IMG/VR virus record: IMGVR_UViG_3300029305_003884
Span: 114,043 to 178,042 of that record
From: a virus
Lineage: Duplodnaviria > Caudoviricetes
DNA: 64,000 bases
Strand: one strand, 5' to 3'
A program made the position numbers and the translations under genes. Within the stretch, counting starts at the first letter, position 1; each line of letters opens with the position of its first letter. Below are positions 50,001 to 59,400 of the stretch, piece by piece. The notes beneath the pieces were generated by a model, which did no database searches, had not been told where the DNA came from, and worked only from the letters and a program-made list of their open reading frames with translations.

Positions 50001-51169
50001 GTCCTGTAAGGCAGACTATCGACGAGTCTGGTAAAAAGGTTGTTAGCTATGGACGAATGATTCTGTTGAAGTGCCCGAATGTCGTTTTGAACCATACGGC
50101 AATCATTAGGAAGAGGGAAATTGGCCAAGACCTTGACTTTAAGACGTACGCTTCTGGTGCGATTACACTTAGGCAGTATGTTGAATTCCTTGAAAATAAC
50201 GGTTATGATGATTGTTTCACTTACGTTACGGACAAGAAAGGTAGGCGTTTGCCAGATTTTGTACAGCTCTGCCTCATTAGCAATAAGGATAAGAGAACTC
50301 CACGTCCTCTGACCATCGATGAGATGAATGTCCTTTGCAAGAACTCAGAGACTATTGTGAAGCAGTTCCTCGATGTAAAGACGGATGACCCGAATCGTAT
50401 ACGAGATGTTGAAGGGTATGATGACATTACGGAAGCATACACTGACCCCCTGGGTCGTATGGTTGTGGACACTGACCATAGCCATTATGAATACGATATT
50501 CCGAAAGTCGATGATGTTGCCTCGACTATCGTATGCACTTGTTCGAAGCAGTGGCGAGATGACGATGGCAAGACGCACTATCCTGAACCGTATCAGATTA
50601 AGTGCGGCACGGATGCAATGTACAAGGCTGCATACAAGTACCTGCTCAATTCTCGTACGTCGGCTAATGCACAAGCGCTTGACATCATCAGACGTGCGAT
50701 AGCAGGTAACACCGAAGGATTGCACGCCAAGGACACTCTATCCGCTATGGTCAATGCGATGAAAGGTAACCAGATGAAATCTAACGATGTTGAGTCTGTT
50801 GAGGGAGACGTCTACAACAAGATTCTGAAACTATTGGATTTGGAACCTGGTGAAAATGTGTATCTCCTAACGGGAAGGATGACGAATAATACGTTCAGGA
50901 GTTTCGTTGCCAAGGGTAAACTTCTGAAACCTAGAAGCGATGAACGTGAACGCTATCATAATGCTGCTTGTGATAAGTTGAAATATCGCCAAATCACTTA
51001 CTCTCCAAGTAGTGGCCGGTTCGTGTTCAGTAAGGACGCACGCATTGTACCAGTCAGACTGAGTAGCAACATGAGGGAACCGACTATCGAGATGGAACAC
51101 TTGTATGGACGGAAGGCTACTCTGGAAGACTTTATCCGTATGGGCGTCCCAGTGCCGAAAAATCGGTAA
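47036..51169 (+). CDS. Large protein (1377 aa) with the shared N-terminal leader and a central beta-helix-like region
   Basis: Leader VFESYLEQLGLNKTAFEAVKSINGVLFE; central 'IANSVVEDSIIENGYAEI' and 'GKVYVEGGAQV' solenoid-like repeats. Confidence 0.78.
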   Translation: MFSKKAVFESYLEQLGLNKTAFEAVKSINGVLFEGIDDLLDDMDENIEVSSVPEAVPEVEKVEEEPAQKKAEYTPDELASRMNIPFNAAWRLAISWAHTEPRFDFFWDESGYPLTAFMIPSGDGKNVYFSPETVIYEISTDSEDGVPKYVYQTATNPVRMSEDIYNRIVSYYGEHGRGDTGDLSDIPFVDIKRLALGNALHQAGEDAPNLGVQCTVHLDPEAIMLSNDAYKIDEKGGIFADTEKLRSLEKEYHMHVESMQIVLLKEWSDANDKYYVDGTTGLIYDVTRDTRMMGKNDTLAPLNAKPTPDKKRKQSATLRLGTRLIDWAKTQDMFRLLLKPNAAGVPKNVYTNTIYQVPNDGNIEGISGTSPYVYMDDDNYASYVNANPGFDQSQVKKYGVDALNNLVKTEYERRSTSDTSAYNEYGYDSNGWVNNIECEVASEDARMYKLKDSVIKAIKRAYGSELEGINNYVAGKNIITVGGKMDLDGNVVGGVDCHPLVYLGRSQGGYLAPRLVAVFDETCCKPGEPLSKIVGESGLRNGTPTILGFATILNGCNLSKKGDFVINDCFLENVDISGSTGFVKIGSRTTAPNTARTVNAPVRTVVKNTIISVGNHGADMTLPNNQIYGEMSKGMRGVTIANSVVEDSIIENGYAEIIACHLTNLNMSNDGEKRLKGWNSEDASNVKFKGDNLISVYGDARYEAGYIKSVVPGAKRQKKFESGDVTTRLTGNVTLDSSMGTVVCCGSTLNNVIANGPCSIRSCTLNDTTIGANAEAGGKFMQTQLNGVHSTPSTETGGYTIIDHGRYKPTIFGNGKKDQNPETILLSGKVYVEGGAQVFKSEISSPAGSDDDVVVRANMVLNGCSPYTLNRKDSGTIAKSLNDDAILRGDCTDAIEVSRRLHMGSTVYGGASRKYTPIEKYEMFKNGDMTSKDLTLYEAESIVEDFLAMNTKSVLVDKSVFMDITDDGIVPNERLKMTIWDPIGGFFVGPVRQTIDESGKKVVSYGRMILLKCPNVVLNHTAIIRKREIGQDLDFKTYASGAITLRQYVEFLENNGYDDCFTYVTDKKGRRLPDFVQLCLISNKDKRTPRPLTIDEMNVLCKNSETIVKQFLDVKTDDPNRIRDVEGYDDITEAYTDPLGRMVVDTDHSHYEYDIPKVDDVASTIVCTCSKQWRDDDGKTHYPEPYQIKCGTDAMYKAAYKYLLNSRTSANAQALDIIRRAIAGNTEGLHAKDTLSAMVNAMKGNQMKSNDVESVEGDVYNKILKLLDLEPGENVYLLTGRMTNNTFRSFVAKGKLLKPRSDERERYHNAACDKLKYRQITYSPSSGRFVFSKDARIVPVRLSSNMREPTIEMEHLYGRKATLEDFIRMGVPVPKNR

Positions 51170-51187
51170 ATTTTGAAGAAAAAGCGG

Positions 51188-51210
51188 TTCCCTCAAATTA
51201 TTTGAGGGAA
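51188..51210. terminator. Inverted repeat (terminator or operator) upstream of the sigma gene
   Basis: TTCCCTCAAAT-T-ATTTGAGGGAA near-perfect palindrome. Confidence 0.6.
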
Positions 51211-51260
51211 TTGCTGTCAAATAATATATATTAGGATATACTCGAAACAATGGTTGTTTT

Positions 51261-52055
51261 GTGGATTACTGTAAGATAACACCATGCATAAAGGCAGAAC
51301 TTAACAAATCGGTTACAATGAGTCGGGAAGAGGAGCGTCGGCTGTTTGAAGAGTATGCGAGCAGCACGGACGAGGCCCGAAAGAAGGAAATCTTTGACAA
51401 AATCATCGTGGCTAACCTGAAGTTTGCGTTCAAGATGGCCAGCGATAAGGCTAAGGAATGTGACAAGTCCATTGATGACCTGTTTTCCGAGGCAAAAATC
51501 GGTTTGATTGAAGCTTTTAACAAGTACGACCCCCATGTGGGAACTAAATTCATCTCGTTTGTCGTGTGGTATGTACGCCGTGCGTTGAACACATTCGTTT
51601 CCGACGATGACTTAATCAGGATTCCTATCGCCTTGAAGGCGAACGTTTCCAAGAAGCGTCGCCTGAATGAGACGGAGTACACCGAGAGGGAAGACCACGC
51701 CAAGGAAGTGATGGCTAACTTGAAGCAGTCAGTCAAGGCTTCCAAGGAAGATGACAACGATTCCATCAGCAACGAGGCGCCAGACGTCAGTTCAGACGGT
51801 ATTGCCGAGCTGGAACACGACAACATGAAGGATACTCTATGGAAGATGCTGGAAAATAGCCTTGACAGCAAGGAACTCTACATCATGAGGTATTCGTTCG
51901 GTTTGAAGGATGATGTCATCCTTCCTGCTGCCGACATTGCTGCAAACCTCAACATGAAGAAGAATGAGTTCCAGAAAATCAAGAAGGCCGCATACGAGAA
52001 AATAGCCAAAAACAAGGAATTTTATAGTCTTTTGAAAGAGACGGTAAATTCGTAA
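51261..52055 (+). CDS. Sigma-70 family RNA polymerase sigma factor
   Basis: Region 2 'IVANLKFA..DDLFSEAKIGLIEAFNKYDP..KFISFVVWYVRRAL..IRIP'; region 4 'ELYIMRYSFGL..IAANLNM'. Confidence 0.92.
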   Translation: MDYCKITPCIKAELNKSVTMSREEERRLFEEYASSTDEARKKEIFDKIIVANLKFAFKMASDKAKECDKSIDDLFSEAKIGLIEAFNKYDPHVGTKFISFVVWYVRRALNTFVSDDDLIRIPIALKANVSKKRRLNETEYTEREDHAKEVMANLKQSVKASKEDDNDSISNEAPDVSSDGIAELEHDNMKDTLWKMLENSLDSKELYIMRYSFGLKDDVILPAADIAANLNMKKNEFQKIKKAAYEKIAKNKEFYSLLKETVNS

Positions 52056-52957
52056 TGTTCAAATTTATCAAGCGATTTTTTAAAGGAGAGAAGCATATGC
52101 TACACGATGAACCGACAATAGCCACCAGTGGCCAGTCAATCAGCGATGTTCCTAACGGTGAACCGACGATGTCTAACAGCGAAGCTGCAAGACAGATTCA
52201 GGAAGCAGCCGAACTGGCTAACAAGAGCCCTCTCGGTATCATACCTGGACAGGTTAACCGTAAGCAACCGCAGCAACAGCGTCCTATGCCAAAACAGCAG
52301 GGTCCTGTCGCACAGTACAATAACTACCAGCAGCCGCCAGTCAACAATGTCCAGCGTGTTGCTCCCGCACAGATGGTTGCCCAGCCGTTGCCACAGGCAC
52401 CGCAGCCTATTCCGCAACAGCCAGTACAGCCGCCTCCACCGCAGTACTATCAGCAGCCTCAGCAGTATTACCCGCCGCAGGGCTATCCTCAGCAGGGTTA
52501 TCCGCAGCAGCCTTACTACCAGCCGCAGATGCCGATGGCTCCCATGCAGCCTGTTCCGCAGGCTCCGCAGGCCCCGCAGATGAGCGACGGATTCGGTGCC
52601 CCGTTCTCCGAGATGTATGTTACGAGTGACCAGGTGTACGAATGCTATATCGACCTACCTGGCATCCCGCAGAGCGACCTCAAGGTAAGGGTTGTACAGA
52701 ACAGTCTTGAAGTTAGCGGTGTCCGTAAACTTCATTCGGACGCACCGTCTGCTGGAAAGAAGAACAAGAGAATTAAGGTGCTTGCAGCACAGTCTAGTGT
52801 CCCTGCTTACTTGTTGAACCACTTCAAGTTTACTTTCCCGTTTGCTAAACCTGTCGATGAGGACAATGTGAAGGCGGTCTTGGAAAACGGTCAGCTACAT
52901 GTTACCATCAACATCCTGTCTAGTGAAAAGGGTGTAAATGTGAATATCGGTATCTAG
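52055..52957 (+). CDS. Hsp20/alpha-crystallin protein with long Q/P/Y-rich N-terminal extension
   Basis: 'IDLPGIPQSDLKVRV..LEVSGVRK..FPFAKPVDEDNVKAVLENGQLHVTI' is an alpha-crystallin domain. Alternative start at 52097 after AAGGAG. Confidence 0.88.
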   Translation: MFKFIKRFFKGEKHMLHDEPTIATSGQSISDVPNGEPTMSNSEAARQIQEAAELANKSPLGIIPGQVNRKQPQQQRPMPKQQGPVAQYNNYQQPPVNNVQRVAPAQMVAQPLPQAPQPIPQQPVQPPPPQYYQQPQQYYPPQGYPQQGYPQQPYYQPQMPMAPMQPVPQAPQAPQMSDGFGAPFSEMYVTSDQVYECYIDLPGIPQSDLKVRVVQNSLEVSGVRKLHSDAPSAGKKNKRIKVLAAQSSVPAYLLNHFKFTFPFAKPVDEDNVKAVLENGQLHVTINILSSEKGVNVNIGI

Positions 52958-52966
52958 GAGGTTACC

Positions 52967-53317
52967 ATGAAGACGATTGCAGAAATTATCAATGCCAACT
53001 ATGTCCTGGTGCCACTCCTGAGAGATACGAACATGGGGTACATGGTCACTGAACGTGGAGACATGAACGACTACGAATGGAGAGTGTGGCGTAGGGCTAC
53101 TGAAATCAGGAATGTCAAGCAGCTCATGAACAGCAAGGTCATGTCCAAGAAGACGCCTGCAGAAATCCGTCTAGGACTCATGAAGATTGTCGAGTATCTG
53201 AAGTCAGAGGGAGTTGATGCTGCCCTTGTCGGAACGGTAGCGGCAAACGACCTGAGAGTCAAGGCGTATGAAGCCCAGTCTGAAACGACGGCTACGTTCA
53301 ACGATGAAGAACTCTGA
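52967..53317 (+). CDS. Hypothetical protein (116 aa)
   Basis: Strong RBS AGGAGG; in the sigma/Hsp20 operon. Confidence 0.75.
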   Translation: MKTIAEIINANYVLVPLLRDTNMGYMVTERGDMNDYEWRVWRRATEIRNVKQLMNSKVMSKKTPAEIRLGLMKIVEYLKSEGVDAALVGTVAANDLRVKAYEAQSETTATFNDEEL

Positions 53318-53331
53318 TTTACCGTTGAGGG

Positions 53332-53341
53332 TATAAACTAG
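53332..53341 (+). promoter_or_regulatory. Late-type promoter variant TATAAACTAG
   Basis: 9 of 10 bases match the motif. Confidence 0.55.
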
Positions 53342-53344
53342 AAT

Positions 53345-53476
53345 ATGGAAAGGGGGCCCAACGTGGTCCCTCTTTTCATTTGCCAGAGGGAAACTCCCGA
53401 CGGCATGAAGGTTTTGGCAAACTGTTGGAACCTTTGTACACTCAACGGTCGGCACACTGTCGACAGGAGAATAACT
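53345..53476 (+). ncRNA. Structured leader (four hairpins) upstream of the second Hsp20; the first hairpin is also terminator-like
   Basis: Stems at 53345-53379, 53381-53405, 53407-53435 and 53448-53464, several with G-U pairs; RBS AGGAGA at 53465. Confidence 0.45.
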
Positions 53477-53908
53477 ATGGACGCATACGGAACACTACCC
53501 GCACTGAATGACATCTATGAAACGGTGTTCGACATTTTCAACCCCAAGAAATACGGTCGCCCGATTTTCCCTTATGCATTCAAGAAGGCTACCATCAAGA
53601 ATCCTGAGACTCAGAAGGACGAAGAAGTCCTGATTGTGGAGATTGCCGTTGTCGGCTGCTCCAAGAAAGATGTCAAGGTGAAGGCGTCGGGTAACGTGAT
53701 TACGGTTACTGCTGCCACACCGCAGGACCCCGTTTCCTATGTCACTTACTATGATTACATCAAGAGGCCGAACTTCACGTTCTCTTGGACGTTCCCTTGT
53801 ATCTACGATGTGGCCAATGCCGCAGCTACGGTCAATGATGGCCTTTGCTCTATCGCAGTAAAGAAAAAGCCCGATAGTGGAGAGAAGGAAATCGTGGTTG
53901 GTGAGTAA
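53477..53908 (+). CDS. Hsp20 small heat shock protein (IbpA-like)
   Basis: 'IVEIAVVGCSKKDVKV..VITVT..FTFSWTF..ATVNDGLCSIAV..KEIVV' with the C-terminal IxI/V motif; RBS AGGAGA. Confidence 0.85.
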   Translation: MDAYGTLPALNDIYETVFDIFNPKKYGRPIFPYAFKKATIKNPETQKDEEVLIVEIAVVGCSKKDVKVKASGNVITVTAATPQDPVSYVTYYDYIKRPNFTFSWTFPCIYDVANAAATVNDGLCSIAVKKKPDSGEKEIVVGE

Positions 53909-53925
53909 CTAGCCCGTTAGTTATG

Positions 53926-53956
53926 AAAAAGCCCACTGATTTTTCAGTGGGTTTTT
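53926..53956. terminator. Bidirectional terminator
   Basis: AAAAAGCCCACTGA/TCAGTGGGTTTTT between convergent genes. Confidence 0.88.
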
Positions 53957-53958
53957 GT

Positions 53959-54294
53959 TTAATGTCCGCAGTTGCAGCTTTTCTTGACCTTCGCTATTGT
54001 CCGTCGAACAACTCCGCTGGCTTTGTACACTGCTTTCAGACCCTTTGTTTTCAACGACGGTGGAAGAATCCACATGAAGTCGAGAATTGCAGGGAAGTCT
54101 TTGCTCATGCGGTCTATCGCCATGGTTCCCGTGTATGTCGAGCCGTTTGCATCGGTATACTTGAAGTCCTTGGCGTCCGAACCTGCATCGAGATAGTCTA
54201 CGACATCTTCACTCACCTTCGTCTTAATCAGGCGAATGTAGCTGCTGCAGACTGGACAGCTGGCATCATAGTAGATTTTAGGTTTCAATGTCAT
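53959..54294 (-). CDS. DCC1/DUF393-like thiol-disulfide oxidoreductase
   Basis: N-terminal 'IYYDASCPVC' (DxxCxxC); RBS AAGGAG. Confidence 0.8.
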   Translation of the reverse strand: MTLKPKIYYDASCPVCSSYIRLIKTKVSEDVVDYLDAGSDAKDFKYTDANGSTYTGTMAIDRMSKDFPAILDFMWILPPSLKTKGLKAVYKASGVVRRTIAKVKKSCNCGH

Positions 54295-54318
54295 ATACGC
54301 TCCTTGAATTGAATTTTG

Positions 54319-55266
54319 TTAAGCCTTGATTGGCTCGTCTGACCAATGCACTTCGGGACCGCCGTCATACATGAACTTGTCCTTGTATCCAGTTCCGAAG
54401 ATTTCGTCCATGCGCTCGGAGATGCCCTTGAACAGTTCCTTGTTGTTCGGCTTCAGATGGCCCTTGTCGTCCATAATCTGGTTTTTGTGCAGGGTCTTCA
54501 TGTCCTGATGCATGATGGCGTTGCGGTTTTCCTTTGCACGCTTCTGGCCACGGCTATCCACGGTAGAGATTTGGGCTTCGTGAAGCTGGTGCATGCCAAG
54601 GCGGCTAGTGTCATACTCGGGGATGAGTGTCGGGCAGAGCTTTTCCCTCATCTCACGGTCGAACGCCTCGTTCTCCTTCAAGATGTTCTCGATTGCCATG
54701 ATGGTGTACATCGTCTTGCTGTCGATTTCGTCGCAAGAACAGTGCATCCTCGGCCAGCAGCCGTCGCCGCACACACGCATTTCGGCACTGTTGTTCGTCG
54801 GCTTCGCCAGCTCGTATCCGTCACCGTCGGCTGAGACGATGATGAAGATGTGCGGGATGTCCTTGTTCTTCAACGTGACAGTATCACCCACGTTGTACGG
54901 GGCTTCATAGCCGAGTGATTCGAGGGCGTTGATGGCCTTGGTAGCACGGAGGGTGTTCATCGTGTTTAGGCCAAGTCCGCATTCGCAGATGGATATCTTG
55001 TCTTCCTGAGTGAGTTCATGGTCATCAGTCGAACTGAACAGCGGTCCTTTCTTGGCGTTGATTTCCTTGCCAGAAATGCCGTATGCTTTGTAGAGAGGTG
55101 TGGTCTCGTCATCATAAGGGCTTGCCTTGACGATTACCGCCATGTTCTCTTCGTCACCGACGGAATCATCTTCGTCAGGAGGTAGATTGGCAATGGCCTT
55201 GCACTGCTGGTTCAGCTCCTCGAACATGGCCTGTGATTCAAAAATGGAAAGTTCGTCGTTCTGCAT
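54319..55266 (-). CDS. Hypothetical protein (315 aa)
   Basis: Late motif upstream; N-terminal 'IFESQAMFEE'; SH3/KOW-like 'YNVGDTVTL'. Confidence 0.75.
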   Translation of the reverse strand: MQNDELSIFESQAMFEELNQQCKAIANLPPDEDDSVGDEENMAVIVKASPYDDETTPLYKAYGISGKEINAKKGPLFSSTDDHELTQEDKISICECGLGLNTMNTLRATKAINALESLGYEAPYNVGDTVTLKNKDIPHIFIIVSADGDGYELAKPTNNSAEMRVCGDGCWPRMHCSCDEIDSKTMYTIMAIENILKENEAFDREMREKLCPTLIPEYDTSRLGMHQLHEAQISTVDSRGQKRAKENRNAIMHQDMKTLHKNQIMDDKGHLKPNNKELFKGISERMDEIFGTGYKDKFMYDGGPEVHWSDEPIKA

Positions 55267-55291
55267 TGTTGTATTCCTATTGAATTCACAT

Positions 55292-55332
55292 ATAGTTTAT
55301 ATACTTCACGCTTGGTCGGAAGTATAAACTAT
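55292..55332. promoter_or_regulatory. Back-to-back late-type promoters (- at 55292-55301, + at 55323-55332)
   Basis: Exact motifs with a 21-bp spacer. Confidence 0.8.
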
Positions 55333-55352
55333 TGAGTAAAGAAGGTGTATAT

Positions 55353-56453
55353 ATGAAGTCGAAAAAGCTTGCTGGCATCCGTTTGTTCAACTATTTGAAT
55401 GATGGTATCAACTGGAAGGACCATAAGGATATCGTCCTTGACTATTGGATAAAGAATGTTGCACCCCAGTATAACCGCTCTCCTGACAAGTTGCAGGGGT
55501 TCGTGACGGTGGAATCTCTTCCTACCGCTGTCCAGAAGGAATATGAAGAGTGGTTCAAAAAGTTCGACTTCCAGACCTCGAAAGACCAGAAATGGATTGA
55601 TTTCGTAAACGGAACGCTTAACATATTCTACCATACTAACGGATATCACCAGGAGCCAAGCAACGTATGGTATATCGACATGATGAAATCCGAGGTGAAG
55701 GCCAGGAACATTGTCGAGACACAAGTGTATCACGGAAATCCCAACCTGAACTCCTTCATGAAAATCGAGACCAACTCGAAGCCAGAAGAAGTGGGTGGTC
55801 GTCGTAACGGATATATCTATGCAAGAAAGCTCGCTTCAATCAGGCCGCGGGATACCAAGGGTTACTACTGGGGTGTCATCTTTACTTGTGAGGAAACAGT
55901 TAGCATCAATTACGACTCCAACGGCCACACAGAGCAAAGAAGCATCTGCTGGGCGGCAAACCCAGAACACATCACTCTTGTAAAGATAACTGCAGACGGA
56001 CTGTTCATCATAGTCCCCTGTGAAGTCAAGAAGAAGCTATGGATGAACCGCAGGGTTGTGCCCGAAGGTGTGATTAGCAAGAATCCTATGACAGGCGCCC
56101 GCCTAGTACAGTATTTGCAGAAGAATTTCAACGTGATGTACGGAATCTTCGACAACATAAAAAAGAGGGTTGACGAAGCCCGTGTGAACGCTACCGCCAG
56201 AAAGAACGCTCTGTGTACGATGTCTGACGAAGAAATCATGGTGGGTGAAGTCCTTGGCATGAACCCAGAAGACTTCGTCGAGAATGGTCACGTATCTCCG
56301 AAAAGGTTGGAATACAACCGTGCCGTAAGGCGTAGCATACACCAGGCCAACGTGAAACATCGACAGGAAGTAAACGCTAAGATGCGTGCCATCGAGAAGG
56401 AGGAACGCAGAAAGAGCAAGCAAAATGCCGCTCATTTCAATGCGTTAAGCTAG
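55353..56453 (+). CDS. Hypothetical protein
   Basis: ATG 55353 after AAGGT; basic helical C-terminus. Confidence 0.72.
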   Translation: MKSKKLAGIRLFNYLNDGINWKDHKDIVLDYWIKNVAPQYNRSPDKLQGFVTVESLPTAVQKEYEEWFKKFDFQTSKDQKWIDFVNGTLNIFYHTNGYHQEPSNVWYIDMMKSEVKARNIVETQVYHGNPNLNSFMKIETNSKPEEVGGRRNGYIYARKLASIRPRDTKGYYWGVIFTCEETVSINYDSNGHTEQRSICWAANPEHITLVKITADGLFIIVPCEVKKKLWMNRRVVPEGVISKNPMTGARLVQYLQKNFNVMYGIFDNIKKRVDEARVNATARKNALCTMSDEEIMVGEVLGMNPEDFVENGHVSPKRLEYNRAVRRSIHQANVKHRQEVNAKMRAIEKEERRKSKQNAAHFNALS

Positions 56454-59400
56454 TCTCTATGCCTCCTGAAATTGACGATGTCGTTTGCCGTAGGGGCATT
56501 ACCGTTGTTGATTATCTTATAGACATCTTCCACAGTGACAGTTTCCGCTTTCGGCGGATTCACTTCGAGGTGTTCTGAGCTGAGGGAAGCCAGTTTCATT
56601 CCAGCGACCTCAGCATTGGACACAACCTTTTCGTAGATATCCTTGTACTCTGTTCCGTCTTCCCCAGTGACCGTGGTGATGGCAGTTCCGTTGGACTGCT
56701 CGTTCAGGTCGGCCACGGTAAGCATGTTCTTCAACTTGTCGAAGTCGATGAGGTCTTGCTTTGCGATGATGCCGAATTCGTTTTCGAGCTGTTCGTACTT
56801 GTCTGCATACGGTCCGTTGTAGAAGGAGTCGAACATCAATTCACCCTTGTATCCTTCGAACATCTTGACGATTGCATCGAACTCCTGCTTAATCTGGTCT
56901 CCGATGAATGCGTGAAGAATGTACGCATCTCCACCGACAGGAACGAAGTTGTTGTAACCACCGATGACAGATGACTTGGATACATATTCGTCTTCAACTG
57001 TTGCTGGAACGAATATGCCGTTAACCCAGCGGCCCCTTTCGTAGTGTTCCTTCGTAACCTGCTTCTGGTCGAACAAGTTGTCAACCGACTGGGGAAGGTA
57101 TGGTCTTCCGTCGCCGCACGGGATGTGCAGCCTTCCGTCGGACAGCGTTATGTATGAGGCGTCAATCATGTCTTCCGCCCTGATTTGAATTTTGTAGTAC
57201 TCGTCTCCGAGGAAGTTCTTTACAAATGCGATTGGGTCGGTCGAATAGTAGCTTAGAACGATTGGCTTGTATCGGGTGATGTATTCACCTGCGAGCAGGG
57301 CACGGAACGATTGTAGATTTCCAATCATACCGAAATACACAAGCAGCTGCTGGTATGCTACCTTGTTCTTGTTAATCCATTCGTACATGTCGCCCTTGTT
57401 AGGCATCTTCGTTCCGTAAGCATCCATCTTCAACTGAATCATCCTGAGATATTCAATCAGGTTAATCAGAGGAAGGTTATTTGGGAACTTGAAGTTGCGG
57501 ATTGACTTAGGACTTACATACCTGACTTTGCCAAATGTATCGGCGTTCTGGTATACTGACGAAGTGCTAGGTATCCATAGCGTAGTCTTGTCCTTCATCA
57601 ATGCAGCCGACGGTTTTTTCGCATACTTGCTTGCTGGAACGTACGAGAAATCGACTATCGGGTCACGCTGGGATATCAGGCTGTCCCTGAACTTAGGAGC
57701 GTCCTTGTGGTTCACTCCAATAGGGAGGAATTCCCAGTCGAACAGGTCGGCCCCGACCGTCAAACGTCCGCACCACACGATGTTGAACCTTGCTCCGTAC
57801 TTGCCTTCCAGGCAGTCGTCCGTGAACTGCTTTGCGACATCGACGAGCTTCATCATGTCGTCGCTACCGTCCTTGATAGGAGTCTGCTTATCGTCCTGGT
57901 AAATCATTATCCTGACGGCAAGTCCGTAGTTATGCCATGACAGGAAGGCGCTCTCACTTCCACCGAGACATCTTGCCCTCTGGTCGTCAACGGAACGGGT
58001 GGTCTCGACAAGTTCTACCCTGTCCTCCCCGAACTCGTCCTTCAGAATTTTGAGAAGGTATGCAACGCACGGGTAGATGTTTATGCCTTTTCGAAGGCTT
58101 GATATCTCCTTGCTTGTGTCGTGGAATATCTGCCATCCATCCTTTCCAGAACCGAAACTTCCGCTACGGTCCTTGATGGCGTATCTCGACTGGTCGAACG
58201 GGCCGTAAGAACCGAAGGCGTAGCCTCTGATTTCCTCGTCGTACGGGAAATACGGAAGGTTGTACTCGATGTTTACCTGCGTAGTCTCATCGCCGCTCTT
58301 AGTGTCGTCTAGGCCAACCATGAAGTATTGCGTATTTCCACTCTTTGGGATGTCGGTCGGACTATCGAGTGATATCGTATGGGCATCCGTTATAGTGCCC
58401 GAGATTTCATCTGGGTACTTTTCCACTTTCAGGGATACCTTCTTGCCTGGTTCGAGTTCGCTCGGGATTTCCTGGGTTACTATCACATCAGTTCCGTATG
58501 TGTAGCTTGACTCGAACGGTATCATCCGCCTAGGTATCCTCATGTCCTTCGGATACTTGCTGTACAGACCGACGTTGATGAACCTGATTTCCGTCCAGCG
58601 TGTGCCGATATACTTTGTCTTAGTTACGGTTCGCCAGAAATAAAGGAAGCGTATCTTCTTTTTCACCCTTTTGTACAAGCGTGTAGCAACCAAGAATCTT
58701 GCGGGGTACCTTGCAGTGATAGGTATTCCGTCCGTGACATGAAAGCACATGTGGTTCGGGAGGAGGCGCTCTTTGCTTTCGAATACTGAGTCTGCTGTAT
58801 AGTATTCGAAGTATTTAATCCTATTAACAACACGGTTGAAATCGTCGACTTCACGTTTCAGCGAGTTGAGTTTTATTTTTAGTATGGCTGCCGCTGCTGG
58901 GTGTAAAAACGCCATAGCAACGATTGCGGCGTCAAACTTGTCTACAATGTCGTCGATATCGTCAACAATGCTTATCTTGTCATGCAAATGCGATGACGTT
59001 AGTGATGAATCCGCCTGGAATAGAGGGATGAGTTGGCTACGCTTGGTTTTTGCGGTATTGGTTTCCTCATCATAGTCGGCACTGCTATACCAGTCGACAA
59101 CTCTGATTGTCATCTCCTGGTGTCCGTTTATGTATTCGGTAATCGCATTGTATGTTTGTTCAGTTATGGCGGGTGTTGCGTATATAACGGGGTTAACAGC
59201 GTTGGATATCGGGATGGTCGCACCTGCTATCGCATGATTCAACAGTTTGGTAAGCCATGCGTACTTGTCGAGATTTGTATATCGAGGAGCTACATAGGTA
59301 TCGTAGATACTTTCCAGAAGGTCGAAGAAATCTGGCAATTTGTATTCGGTATATGATATCAGGGCGTTTGTATAGTTGGAGTCCTTGTAGGCTTTACCCA

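Noticed and set aside
53412-53460. Sigma-54 promoter or CIRCE operator upstream of the Hsp20
   Set aside because: TTGGCA lacks the GC at the required GG-N10-GC spacing, and 'TACACTC' has no matching inverted half-site.
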